A stretch of DNA of 36,927 nucleotides, filler included, from Deltaproteobacteria bacterium (GCA_030698575.1; 7 parts of 7 records of this genome joined end to end with filler, not necessarily neighbours in it); one strand, 5' to 3'; shown: positions 16,501-26,195, numbered from the whole stretch's first letter. Notes: a model not told the origin generated them from the sequence alone. Program-made: numbers and translations.

Positions 16501-19475
16501 CTCGGCCTCGTAGGCTTCGTCGAAGCGAGCGGTCGCCTCATCGTACTCGCGCTTTGCCGCCAGGAACTCGTCGTCACCGATCTTCTTGGCGCGGTAGTCG
16601 TCTTGGGCCTTTGTGAACTTCCGTTGGGCGGCGTCGTGCGCGGCGCGCGCGGCTTCGTACTCGGCAGACGTTGCCGGTTCGTCCGCAGCCTTCGGCGCTT
16701 CTTTCGGCGTCCGGGGCGCATCGAACATGTCGGCCTGCTTGCGCGCCCCTGTATCGAACAGCCCTTCATCGGCCGCCTTCTGCTGGGCCTTGGGCTTGAT
16801 GCGACCCTCGCGCGCTTCGACGGCCTGCTGCACGGATTTCTCTGTACCGGGAATGACCTGCTGCTCGCGCGCGCCGTCGATGGTCTGGACGGTTTCGGTC
16901 GTGGGCTTGGCTTGTCCACGTTCCTGCTTCTGGAACTGGCCGACGTGGAACCCTACGGCCTTCTCTCCGCGCTGGAAGGCGGATGCCTGGGCACCCTGGC
17001 GGAACCGCGGCGGGATTTCCGTGCCCTCGGGAATGGAGCCCTCCAGCTCGGCGACACGACGATCGTAGCCGGCGAGGAACGCATCGCGCAGGAGCCGATT
17101 GAACGGCTTGCCGCTCGCCGTGCGCTGAGTCTCGACGGACGACTCGCGCTGGGCGCGAAGGTAGGAGATGAGGGCGTCGTCGCCCGCCACCTGACCGCCA
17201 GATGGCTGCGCGGCGGCGGATGTCTGATCTCCGGCAGCGTAGCGGGCTGCGTTCACCAGCGCCTTCTTGCTGTTCGCGAACCAGATCGTTCGGCCGGAAT
17301 CGGTAGACCCCTTCCGGAGAGCGTCGCCCATGGCCTGACGCACCCGCGGGCGCGTGACGCCGAACATCTCCTGCACGACGGGCGAGATGTACTCGAAGCG
17401 CGCGGATGGATGGAGGTCCAGGAGGCGGAGGTCTGCATCTGTCGGCTCTCCGCCGGCACGCAGGCGCGCAGCGATCTCGGCGACGCGGTTCTGTCGCTCT
17501 TCGGCGCGCGCAGCATTGTCAGCCACGTTGGTGAGGCGCTTGCGCGCACTGTCCGCGGCAGCCTCCTTTGTCGCCTCGTAGTTCCAGATCATCTTGCCGT
17601 CGGCGTCGGCGACCGCCCACTTGCCTTTGGCAAGGCCCTTGCCTTCGATGAAATGGGAGCCTTCGGGAAAACCGTCGAGCAGAGCGTCGTCAGAATCAGA
17701 AACCCCGGCTTCTGGGGCCGGGGCTTGGTCTGCGGCTGGCTGCTCGGCCTGCGTTATTTCTGGTTGTTGGCCAGCGCCTCCAGGTTCTTCGCCTGGCGAA
17801 GTCCCTCCTTCCTCTGCGCGCGCGTCAGTCCCGGCTGGCCCAAGGCGCGGCGGCGCCCTTCCTTCACCAGCGCGAGACGCTGGTCCTTCGTCAATCTCGA
17901 ACGGGACTTCCCACCTATCTCCACGGCCTTCCTCCTGGGCCTGGGCGACGCGCTCGTCGACCCACGCCATCTTACCACTTTCAACAACGTCCGTCACAGC
18001 TTCCTCGGCGGACACGCCCTCGCCCATGCGCGCAAGGGCCGCGTCGGCTTCCTCGGCCGTCAGGGTGATCTCCATCTCCTCGGCGTATGCGGCGATATCG
18101 GCCCGGGCGTCGGCTTGGCCGGAATCGCCTTCCTGGGCCTGGATTTCGCCCCGCCGGCGGTCGACCTCCGCCCGGTCGCGCTCGGAATAGACGCGCTCCC
18201 CCCTGGCCTGGCGCTCGATGAGGTCCAGAAACTCGTTGATGCCCTGCTCGGGCGACGCATCGGGGCGTTCCTGGGGGAGATATCCGGCTTCTTGGGCGAG
18301 CTCGCGCGCGCGGTCCAAGGTCAAGCCATTGGCGCGTACCAAGCGGCCATGGCCAGGGACGAAGACGCGGCCGATATCGAGAGTGCGCAATTCGCCGCCC
18401 TGGTCCCGGATGCCGCCCTGGGAGGCCAGGAACCGGAACAGGTCTTGCGGCGCCCGCATGCGCTGTTTCAGTCGGCGCTGCGGCTCCGGCTCTGCCTGTC
18501 CAGCAGGCCCCGGCGCGGCTGGCGTTTCGACATAGCCTCGAACATCTCGACCTGCGCCAGCCTCTTCTGCGCCCGCTCCCGGCTCGGATACGGCCCGCCC
18601 AGGTTGCGGCCCGACTCGCTCAGGACGTGAAAGCCGTCCTTGCGTTTCACGATCATCGATAGCTCCTTGCGAAATCTCCATCGCCCGGCCGATCGCTCGG
18701 GATTTCTCCTCCTGCGTAAGCTGCGCCCACGGCGCGACGCGGCCTGCGGTCTCGCGGATGATGTTGAGCCCGACCCCGGCGACGTCCGGCGCGCCATCGG
18801 CATCCTTGGGCAGCAGCGCGCGGAAGTGCTCGAAACTCGAGGAAGAAGGCGGGGCCGGTCGGGCAGCGACTGCCTCGACCGGCCCCTGGGCGGGAGGCTG
18901 CGCCTCTGCGCGAGGCAAGGCAGGAGCCTCGACCGCCGTCTCGTCCGGAACAACGGATACGTCCTGCGGGCTGACCAATACGGCACCATCCTCGGTCTCC
19001 AGGCGGGCATAGGTCTGGCCCTGGTGCTCCACCGTGCCGGCGAGAGTGCCGCGCACGATCTCGCCGGAGGGAAGGGTGGCGGTGACGGAGGGGGGGGCAT
19101 CTTTCGCCCGCTCCTGGTCGGCCACGATATCGGCCAGGGGGCTCTCCGTCGTGACCGGACGCGCTGACGCATCGGGATCCTGCCGCGCGGCCTCGGCGAT
19201 GGCGCGGCCCTCGGCGATATCGGGGGAGGCTGCCGGGGCTGAAACGGCGGGCGCGCTTAGCGCGCTCAGCGCGCTTTGAATGATCGCCTCGCCCTCGGCC
19301 TTCAGATCGGTGGGGATGGGAGAATCGATGTCGCCCTGTGTGATCTCCACGGCGACGGGGGGAGAAGTGGGATCCAGCGTGACCAGGACGGTGCCGGGCT
19401 CGGTCTGGACGGCTTCGGGGGCGGGCTGGGCGGGGTCGCCGGAATCGGGCGGGGGCGGGCTGAGGTCTGGGGTGG
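13231..19475 (-). CDS. Giant phage-type polyvalent protein (>2080 aa, 5' truncated): GHKL ATPase, zincin HExxH, ParB-like, HTH
   Basis: Frame is open to the contig end. GHKL motifs [47 protein letters not shown]...[30 protein letters not shown]; long Ala/Pro/Glu-rich linkers. Confidence 0.85.
14412..14606 (-). CDS. Overprinted small gene 3 (64 aa, +1 frame inside the giant ORF)
   Basis: AAGGAGGT, 5 nt, [69 protein letters not shown]-ending codons shift to this frame. Confidence 0.72.
   Translation of the reverse strand: MTPLQQMSRNMLGKAPDRDSLEGLIVTHLAALEQRGEEPETQAEAREMLKKLRSGASAAKQIAP
14695..14721 (-). promoter_or_regulatory. Possible internal sigma70 promoter for nested gene 3
   Basis: TTGTCA (14721-14716), 15 nt, CATAAT (14700-14695); the spacer is short. 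Confidence 0.4.
17692..17726 (-). terminator. Intrinsic terminator after nested gene 2, inside the giant ORF
   Basis: Minus strand CCCCGGC-cccagaa-GCCGGGG followed by TTTCTGATTCT, about 30 nt after the TAA at 17754; the U-tract is modest. Confidence 0.55.
17754..17924 (-). CDS. Overprinted small gene 2 (56 aa, +1 frame inside the giant ORF)
   Basis: AGGAGG, 6 nt, [59 protein letters not shown], basic and helical; flanked by a promoter and a terminator. Confidence 0.65.
   Translation of the reverse strand: MEIGGKSRSRLTKDQRLALVKEGRRRALGQPGLTRAQRKEGLRQAKNLEALANNQK
17969..17997 (-). promoter_or_regulatory. Internal extended -10 sigma70 promoter for nested gene 2
   Basis: GTGACG (17997-17992), 17 nt, TAAGAT (17974-17969) preceded by TGn; a local AT-rich patch in an otherwise GC-rich ORF. 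Confidence 0.55.
18468..18656 (-). CDS. Overprinted small gene 1 (62 aa, +1 frame inside the giant ORF)
   Basis: AAGGAG, 6 nt, [47 protein letters not shown]..., a beta-hairpin plus helix pattern. Confidence 0.78.
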   Translation of the reverse strand: MIVKRKDGFHVLSESGRNLGGPYPSRERAQKRLAQVEMFEAMSKRQPRRGLLDRQSRSRSAD

Positions 19476-19575
19476 NNNNNNNNNNNNNNNNNNNNNNNNN
19501 NNNNNNNNNNNNNNNNNNNTTAATTAATTAANNNNNNNNNNNNNNNNNNNNNNNNNNNNNNNNNNNNNNNNNNNN
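19476..19575. other. Artificial contig linker
   Basis: N-run, TTAATTAATTAA, N-run. Confidence 0.98.
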
Positions 19576-19937
19576 GGCTTGTAGTAGAACCCCTCCAGGT
19601 AGGCCAGCGAGACGAGGCGAACGAGATTCTGGCACCCCTTCTTGTTCATGGCGAGGAGCACCAGATGGTTCGTGTCGGCGTAGCTGGCCCTTGATTCCTT
19701 CTCGCGGCGATCGCCCGGCGCCACGTAGGTCTCGCACCCGAAGATGGGCTTCACCCCCGCCTTGCGGGCCTTCTCGTAGAACTCGACCGCCCCGAACATG
19801 TTGCCGTGGTCCGTCATGGCCACGGCCGGCATCTTGAATTCGCGCGCCTTCTCGACCAGGCGGTCGATCTTGATGGCGCCGTCGAGCAGCGAGTACTCGG
19901 TGTGCAGGTGAAGGTGGACGAACTCCGCGTGGGGCAT
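19576..19937 (-). CDS. dnaE: DNA polymerase III alpha subunit, N-terminal PHP domain (3' truncated)
   Basis: FVHLHLHTEYSLLDGA, AMTDHGNMFGA, KPIFGCETY, HLVLLA, EGFYYK. Confidence 0.95.
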
Positions 19938-20156
19938 GGGGTTCACCTTGCTCGAAACAGCCAAGAGGGCCTGGAAAAAACGAGGGACAGCGCGCCCGCC
20001 GGTGCGGCCCCCGGACAAAACGCGTTACGTCTCAATTACTTAGCAGTGATGTGTGACAAGTTGCGGTAACAAGGCCGGGCCGGGAGCGGAGATGATCTGC
20101 CCCCCAGCCATCGCTACCACGGGCGGGCGGGCTTTGACAAGGACATTCCTCCCCGC

Positions 20157-20948
20157 TCACCCTTTTCGGGACTTTGGCCGTGCCTTTGGCCGCAGCTTTG
20201 GCCCGGGCTTTGGCCGACGTTTCCGGGTCGCGCGTCGCAGCGGGCGGACGGCCGCGGCCTCCTTTCCCTGGTAGGGACGGTTGCCGTAGCGGTCGATGTG
20301 GACGGCGTCCCCCACGGGCTTGCGCGTCGTGGGGCCGTAGCGACCGATGGGCCAGCCGACGGGAATGACCGCAATCGGCGAGACCCAGGGCGGGAGCCCG
20401 AGGGCGCGGCGCGCGAGCAGGCTGTTCCAGAGAGGCATCACGGTGAGTGACGCCCCGAGCCCCGCCGCGCGAGCAGCCAGCAGGAAGTTCTGCACGGCCG
20501 GGAAGATCGAGCCGTAGTAGATGCTCTCCCAGAAGGCCGGATAAGGCATCCGGAATCCGCTCACGATGGGGCCGTAGCGGCTCCACTTGAGGCAGGGGAC
20601 CACGATGACGGGGATGTCCTCGTAGTGGTCCGCCTCCCACTGAACGGCGTCCATCGTGCGGAGCGTCTTGGGATCGTTGCGCGCGAAGAAGCGCCAGAAG
20701 CGGCCGTAGGTGTTCCAGGCGAAGCGGTTCAGTCCCGCGAGCTTGCGCTTGATCCGCTTGTCGCGGATGATCAGGAACTCCGCGTTCTGCCGGTTGCCCC
20801 CCGTCGGCGCCTTGAGCGCCAGCTCGATCAGATGAAGCACGAGCGCGTCGTCCACCGAGTCCGGCTTGATGCGCCGGATGGCCCGCTGCGTGCGCATCGC
20901 CTCTTCGAGCGGCATGGTCAGCACGGTGGGCGCCTTCTTCCGCGACAT
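20157..20948 (-). CDS. Nitroreductase family protein with basic C-terminal tail
   Basis: EAMRTQRAIRR, APTGGNRQ, SIFPAVQNFLLAARAAGLGASLT, IPVGWP. Confidence 0.88.
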   Translation of the reverse strand: MSRKKAPTVLTMPLEEAMRTQRAIRRIKPDSVDDALVLHLIELALKAPTGGNRQNAEFLIIRDKRIKRKLAGLNRFAWNTYGRFWRFFARNDPKTLRTMDAVQWEADHYEDIPVIVVPCLKWSRYGPIVSGFRMPYPAFWESIYYGSIFPAVQNFLLAARAAGLGASLTVMPLWNSLLARRALGLPPWVSPIAVIPVGWPIGRYGPTTRKPVGDAVHIDRYGNRPYQGKEAAAVRPLRRATRKRRPKPGPKLRPKARPKSRKG

Positions 20949-21031
20949 TCGTCGGGCCTGCGGCCCTCTGTCATTGCGAGGAGGGCCGCAGGCCCGACGA
21001 AGCAATCCCCCGAGCGCTCGGCGTGGCTGTT

Positions 21032-21859
21032 TCAGAGCGCCTCGCCGCAGTACTTGCAATGCCGCGCGTCGGGGTCGTGCCCGTCGGCGTTGCAGTGACG
21101 GCAGGCCTGCGTCGTGATCGGCATGCGGGCGGCCCGCGACAGCTCCACCGTCACAATGCCCGTCGGCACGGCAATGATGGCGTAGCCGATGATCATGATG
21201 ACCACGGCGAAGGCCTGCCCAAGCGGCGTCTCGGGCGAAATGTCGCCGTAGCCCACCGTCGTGAGCGTCACGATGGCCCAGTAGATGCTGAGCGGGATGC
21301 TCGTGAAGCCGTGCTCCTCCCCCTCGATCAGATACATGAGCGAGCCCATGAGGACCACAAGCGTCATGACGGTGAAAAGGAATACAACGATCTTGCGGCG
21401 GCTCGCCCGCAGCGCCCGCATGAGAACCTGAGCCTCACCGAGATAGGTGATGAGCTTCAGGACGCGGAAGATCCGGAGGATGCGCAGTATCCGGATGACG
21501 AGAAAATACTGGGCGCCCGGGACGAGCAGGCTCACGTAGGTTGGAAGGAAGGCCACCAGATCGACCACGCCGAAGAAGCTTGTCGCATAGGCCGCGGGGC
21601 GAGCGACCGACACGAGGCGCAGCACGTACTCGACCGTGAACAGGATGGTGAAGAACCACTCCATCGCGTAGAGCTCGGCCCCGAACCGCGCATTGATGCT
21701 CTGGACACTGTCGAGCATCACCGCGAGAACGCTCGCTATGATGCTCACGATGAGGAGGAGGTCGAAGGCCCTGCCCGCAGGCGTATCGGCCTCGAAGATG
21801 ACCTCGTGCAGCCGGTCTCTCCAGCCGGTCGCGGCCGGACGCCCTTCAGCCGGGTTCAT
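21032..21859 (-). CDS. Ion transporter, voltage-gated K+ channel-like
   Basis: S4-like IRILRILRIFRVLKL, selectivity filter TTVGYGD, C-terminal CxxC...CxxC. Confidence 0.92.
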   Translation of the reverse strand: MNPAEGRPAATGWRDRLHEVIFEADTPAGRAFDLLLIVSIIASVLAVMLDSVQSINARFGAELYAMEWFFTILFTVEYVLRLVSVARPAAYATSFFGVVDLVAFLPTYVSLLVPGAQYFLVIRILRILRIFRVLKLITYLGEAQVLMRALRASRRKIVVFLFTVMTLVVLMGSLMYLIEGEEHGFTSIPLSIYWAIVTLTTVGYGDISPETPLGQAFAVVIMIIGYAIIAVPTGIVTVELSRAARMPITTQACRHCNADGHDPDARHCKYCGEAL

Positions 21860-21906
21860 CGTGCTTGGTCCGCTTCGATGGGTGCAATAAGTCGGCTCCC
21901 CTTGAA

Positions 21907-22116
21907 TCAATCATCGAGCGTGAAGCCCACCTTGACCGTGACCTGCCAGTGCGCGATCTGGCCCTTGTCGATGTGACCGCGCGTCTCCAGGACCTGGAAC
22001 CAGCGCAGGTTGTGCAGCGTATTTGACGCTTTTGCGACGGCCTTCCGCACGGCCTCGTCCGGCCCCTTGGTGGAAGAACCCGTCAGCTCAACCGACTTGT
22101 AGACATGTTCGGACAT
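21907..22116 (-). CDS. Dodecin (flavin-binding)
   Basis: [12 protein letters not shown]...[13 protein letters not shown]...[12 protein letters not shown]. Confidence 0.93.
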   Translation of the reverse strand: MSEHVYKSVELTGSSTKGPDEAVRKAVAKASNTLHNLRWFQVLETRGHIDKGQIAHWQVTVKVGFTLDD

Positions 22117-22203
22117 TGGATGCCTCCATTTGCCTCGTGGGATTATCGAAGATCACGCGCGGGCGACCTCGTGCGTTTGAACCGGGGGACTGGCCCCTTC
22201 CCT

Positions 22204-24348
22204 TCAGCCCCCCGTGCCCTCGTCGCCGGGCGCCCGGTAGGGCTCGAGCACCGTGCCGCCCGCAGCTTGCATACGGCGGTAGCCCGCCTCGATCTCGCGG
22301 TAGAGCTGCTCCTGGAGCCTCGGCGAGGCTTCCCGCCTGACGCGGCGCTTGCGGTGGTAGGTCCCGTCCGGTCTCAGCCAGAGGCCGCTCCAGTTATCGA
22401 GGAACATCGCATCGAGCGCGCTCTTCACCTTCTCGCGGCAAGCCGCGTCCTCCACCGGGAAGAGCAGCTCAATCCGTCGATCCAGGTTCCGGGGCATCCA
22501 GTCGGCGCTCGAAAGATACACCTCCTCGTCGCCGCCGTTCCGGAACGCGAAAACCCGCGCGTGCTCGAGGAAGCGATCGACGACCGAGACCACCTGGATG
22601 TTCTCGCTCACGCCCTTCACACCGGGCCTGAGGCAGCAGATTCCCCGCACGTTCAGCCACACACGCACGCCCGCGCTCGAGGCGTCGTACAGCGCGCGAA
22701 TGAGCTCCTCGTCTTCGAGGGAGTTCATCTTCGCCCGAATTTCCGCGGCCTGCCCCTCCTCGGCTCGCCGCTTCTCCCGCTCGATGAGATCGAGGAACTT
22801 GTCGCGCAGCATCATGGGCGCCATCACGAGCTTCCGCATACGGGGCGGATCGGAGTAGCCGGTCAGCGCGTTGAAGAATGCCGAGGCGTCCTGACCTATT
22901 TCGGGATCGGTCGTCATCAGCCCGTAGTCGGTGTAGAGGCGGGCCGTGCGGTCGTTGTAATTGCCCGTTCCGAGATGCACGTAGCGCCGGATGCCCCGCG
23001 CCGTCCGCCGGACGATGAGCAGGATCTTCGAGTGCGTCTTGTAGCCGCGGATTCCGTAGATGACGTGCGCCCCTGCCTCCTCCAGGCGCCTCGCCCACTG
23101 GATGTTCGACTCCTCGTCGAAGCGCGCGAGCAGTTCCACCAGAGCCGTCACCTGCTTCCCCTGCTCGGCGGCGGAAGCCAGCGCCTTCACCACTGGCGAA
23201 TCGCCGCTGGTCCGGTAAAGCGTGAGCTTGATGGCCAGAACGTCCGGATCGTGAGTGGCCTGGGCCAGGAGCGAGATGAGCGGATCAAAGGAGTCGTATG
23301 GGTGGTGGACCAGCAGGTCGCGATCGTCGAGGATCGAGAACATGTCGCGATCCGGGTTGATCTCGGGGAGTTGAAGCGGTCTCAGCGGCTGAAATCGCAG
23401 ATCGGACAGCGCGGGAAGATCGGCGATGGGCAGCAGCGCGCGCACGTCCATCGGCCCCGTCAGGGCATAGACGGCGTCCTTGCCGACCTCGAGCCGCTGC
23501 ATGAGGGCCCCGAGGAGCGCCGACCCCATCCCCGCCTCGACGTCGAGGCGAACAACGTTGCTGCGCCGACGCTTGCGAAGCTCCCCCTCCAGCTCCTGGA
23601 TGAGATCCCGCCCCCCCTCGTCGTCCAGATCGAGTTCCGAGTCGCGGACGATCCGAAACACGCCCGACTCGATCAGGCGCTGCCCCGGGAACAGCGCCTG
23701 GAGCTCCTTTCGGATGATCTCCTCGAGCCAGGCGTAGTTCGAACCATCGCCGCCCGGCAGCCGCACCAAACGCGGGAAGGTTGCCGGCACCTGCACCACG
23801 GCCAGCCGCGGCGGCTTGCCCTCGGCCACCGGCTCGAGGAGAACCGCCAGGTTGAGGCTCAGGTTCGAGAGCATGGGAAAGGGCCGCGAGGAGTCCGTGG
23901 CCATGGGCGTGAGCGCGGGGAGGATCTCGCCTGCAAAAGTGCGGGAGAGGAACGCCCGCTGCGGAGCATCCATCGCCTCCAGGGGAACGAAGCGGATACC
24001 ACGCTCGGCCAGCGCCGGCACGATGTCCTTCGTGAGCGCCGCGTAGAGCGAGCCCACCATCGCGTGGGCTTTCTCCGAAATCAGCTCGAGCTGCCTGGCG
24101 GGCGTGAGCCCGGCCGGGTCCATCTGGGTATCGCCGTCACGCAGCCGCTGATCAAGGCTCGCGACACGGACCATGAAGAACTCGTCGAGGTTCGTCGCAG
24201 CGATGGCCGCAAAGCGCAACCTCTCCAGAAGCGGATTCTGCTCGTCCTGGGCCTCCTCCAGCACGCGCGCGTTGAATTCGAGCCAGGAGAGATCCCGGTT
24301 GAGGAAGAGTTCTGGCGCACCCGCCTCTCGCCTCGCTCGCTTCTTCAT
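22204..24348 (-). CDS. ppk1: Polyphosphate kinase 1
   Basis: NRDLSWLEFNARVL, NLDEFFMVRVA, HHPYDSF, ARFDEESNI, HLGTGNYN, SSADWMPRNLDRRIE. Confidence 0.97.
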   Translation of the reverse strand: MKKRARREAGAPELFLNRDLSWLEFNARVLEEAQDEQNPLLERLRFAAIAATNLDEFFMVRVASLDQRLRDGDTQMDPAGLTPARQLELISEKAHAMVGSLYAALTKDIVPALAERGIRFVPLEAMDAPQRAFLSRTFAGEILPALTPMATDSSRPFPMLSNLSLNLAVLLEPVAEGKPPRLAVVQVPATFPRLVRLPGGDGSNYAWLEEIIRKELQALFPGQRLIESGVFRIVRDSELDLDDEGGRDLIQELEGELRKRRRSNVVRLDVEAGMGSALLGALMQRLEVGKDAVYALTGPMDVRALLPIADLPALSDLRFQPLRPLQLPEINPDRDMFSILDDRDLLVHHPYDSFDPLISLLAQATHDPDVLAIKLTLYRTSGDSPVVKALASAAEQGKQVTALVELLARFDEESNIQWARRLEEAGAHVIYGIRGYKTHSKILLIVRRTARGIRRYVHLGTGNYNDRTARLYTDYGLMTTDPEIGQDASAFFNALTGYSDPPRMRKLVMAPMMLRDKFLDLIEREKRRAEEGQAAEIRAKMNSLEDEELIRALYDASSAGVRVWLNVRGICCLRPGVKGVSENIQVVSVVDRFLEHARVFAFRNGGDEEVYLSSADWMPRNLDRRIELLFPVEDAACREKVKSALDAMFLDNWSGLWLRPDGTYHRKRRVRREASPRLQEQLYREIEAGYRRMQAAGGTVLEPYRAPGDEGTGG

Positions 24349-25470
24349 GCCTGACTCCCCGCTTCACGGAACAAAAGCCGATTGCCAAAGACTTCCGTGA
24401 AGAGATCCGATCGCGCCATCGCGGAAAGCCGCTCGAGCGTCAGATCCCCCGCGCCCTTGACCTCCAGCACCCAGGCGTCTTCCTCGCGCAGCATCCGCAC
24501 CTCGCTCATCTTCTGGAGGTGATCGGCGTCGAGAGCGTTGGCGAGCCGGAGAATGCCCGACAGCTTGTTCACCTTGACGCGACTTTCACGGTCGAGCCCC
24601 ATGTACGCAATGTGGGACTTCTGCGGCATCGCCCGACGGTGGTAGCGCGAGACGTTGGCGATAATCGCCATGTCGTCCCGGCTCATTCCGAAGATCTCCG
24701 AGCTGGTCAGAATGTAATGGGCGTGCTTGTGGTGCGCCCGGAGGCTCAGGAACATCCCGATGTCGTGAAGCATCGCCGCGACTTCGAGGAGCAGTCGGTC
24801 GCGATCGGAAAGCCCGTGCTCCTCACGGAGCTGATCGAACAGCGACACGGAGAGGGCGGCGACGGCCCGGGCGTGGAGCTCGTCGTAGCGGTACTTCTGC
24901 CCCAGCGCCGCGGCGCTTGAGATCACCTGGCGCCTGAAATCCTCGATCCCCCACCGGTCCCCCGTTCGCGCCGAATCGAGCAGGAGGCCCGCGCGCAGCG
25001 AAACCTCCGGTACCAGGATCGTCTTTACGGGAGTCTCGGATAGCAGCGCGCGGTAAGCCAGCAGCGCCGGCAGGAGCGTTTCAGCTTCGGCCGGAGGAAG
25101 GTGATAGTTCTCGGCGATCTGATCGGCATTGTAGAGGGCGATCTCGTCACAGAACGCGCCGAAACGCTGCGCCTTCAGAACGCGCAGGCCGTTCTCGGCC
25201 GCCTTCTCGCCCACGATTCGCGAAGCAGCAAAACGCATGTCCCCGCCCAGAGCGATGAAATACGCGGCCTCGTTGAGCGGAATCTGCAACAGGATGTCGT
25301 GGACGACGTTGCCGATGTGACGCGCGAGCAACCTGACACGCTGCTCGTGGGGGCCGTGCCAGGAAGCATGAATCTGCCGCATACGCAGGGCACCGAGGGG
25401 ATAGTTGCCCGAAACGGCCGGCTCGCCGTCGCGCAGAAAAGATATGTCGGCGTTCCCGCCCCCGACCTCG
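24345..25470 (-). CDS. ppx: Ppx/GppA exopolyphosphatase with HD domain (5' truncated)
   Basis: EVGAGN, ALGGD, SLRAGLL, AMLHDIG, HHKH, LRLANALD; ATGA overlap with ppk1. Confidence 0.88.
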
Positions 25471-25570
25471 NNNNNNNNNNNNNNNNNNNNNNNNNNNNNN
25501 NNNNNNNNNNNNNNTTAATTAATTAANNNNNNNNNNNNNNNNNNNNNNNNNNNNNNNNNNNNNNNNNNNN
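25471..25570. other. Artificial contig linker
   Basis: N-run, TTAATTAATTAA, N-run. Confidence 0.98.
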
Positions 25571-26186
25571 CCACCATCTCGAGCACGAGCTGCGCGCCCT
25601 GGCTGAACTCGTAATCGCCTGCGTACAGGACGACACGTCGCCCCTCCACGGCCAGCGCCTCACGCCAGCGCGCCGCGCCCTTCGCGTTCTCCGTCTGCCG
25701 CGACAGATCAAGGCCCGGGTGGATCTTCACGACGTTCCGGACGCCGGCCCCGGCGAGCATCCTTCGATTGTACTCCGAGAGCGCCACCACGCGGTCGCCG
25801 AAGCAGAGCCGCGCGACGGCGCCGTAGTCGGCCGGTGAGGAGGAGACGGTTTGGACCGCCGGGCGGCGGTTGAGGGCCCGCGCGATGCGGGCGACATGGG
25901 ACGTGACCGGGTTGGGCGCGAAGAAGAAGTGGAGAGCGCGCACCTCGCGCGGAAGCTTGAGAAGCGCGCCGAAAATCGCCGCCTTCTGCGCCAGGCCCGG
26001 GGAATAGGCGCTCTCGCCGAGCCGGCGGTGAACCGCCACGCGCGGGCTGCGGGGTTCGAAACCCGGGCCCGCGAAGACGCGCACATCGTGTCGGGGCAAA
26101 GCCTCGGCGAGGTCGTGAACGAGGTTCTTGCCGCTGTCATTCCAGGGAGGCGAGAGAGGCTTCGAGACGTAGAGAACGGCTCCCAT
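25571..26186 (-). CDS. Glycosyltransferase family 4 (3' truncated)
   Basis: GT-B N-terminal domain, VVALSEY, IHPGLD, VVLYAG. Confidence 0.75.
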
Positions 26187-26195
26187 CGCGACGGC

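Larger units (their letters stand above)
13579..19475. mobile_element. Probable phage/prophage-derived segment
   Basis: Inferred only from the giant multidomain protein architecture; no capsid, terminase or integrase gene is visible. Confidence 0.6.

Noticed and set aside
16269-16919. Other +1-frame ORFs inside the giant gene (also 13428-13697, 13998-14234, 14895-15284, 17253-17549, 18060-18260)
   Set aside because: No well-spaced SD, S/R/P/T-rich shadow composition, and the main frame keeps normal codon bias there, unlike the three accepted nested genes.
16960-17090. Ribosome modulation factor-like pattern (AFLAGY...P...AFQRG) in the giant protein
   Set aside because: Resemblance is too weak: the conserved PY and W-x-x-GW are missing. 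It would need a profile search.
14746-18630. 1294-aa plus-strand ORF, and similar long antisense ORFs at 9910-11943, 22105-24354 and 33421-36279
   Set aside because: Antisense shadows expected from GC3-rich genes; no recognisable motifs.
13231-19475. Genome-wide TAG=Gln recoding of the phage-like contig
   Set aside because: Only one in-frame TAG, and it lies in the host-like def part; none in the phage-like part.
20172-20215. Four CTTTGGCC copies with a 12-nt period
   Set aside because: Coding repeat for the PK-containing basic tail of the nitroreductase; too short for CRISPR and has no spacers.
20157-25470. ppx-ppk1-dodecin-K+ channel-nitroreductase run as a novel system
   Set aside because: ppx-ppk1 linkage is common and the other genes are ordinary; nothing points to a shared function.
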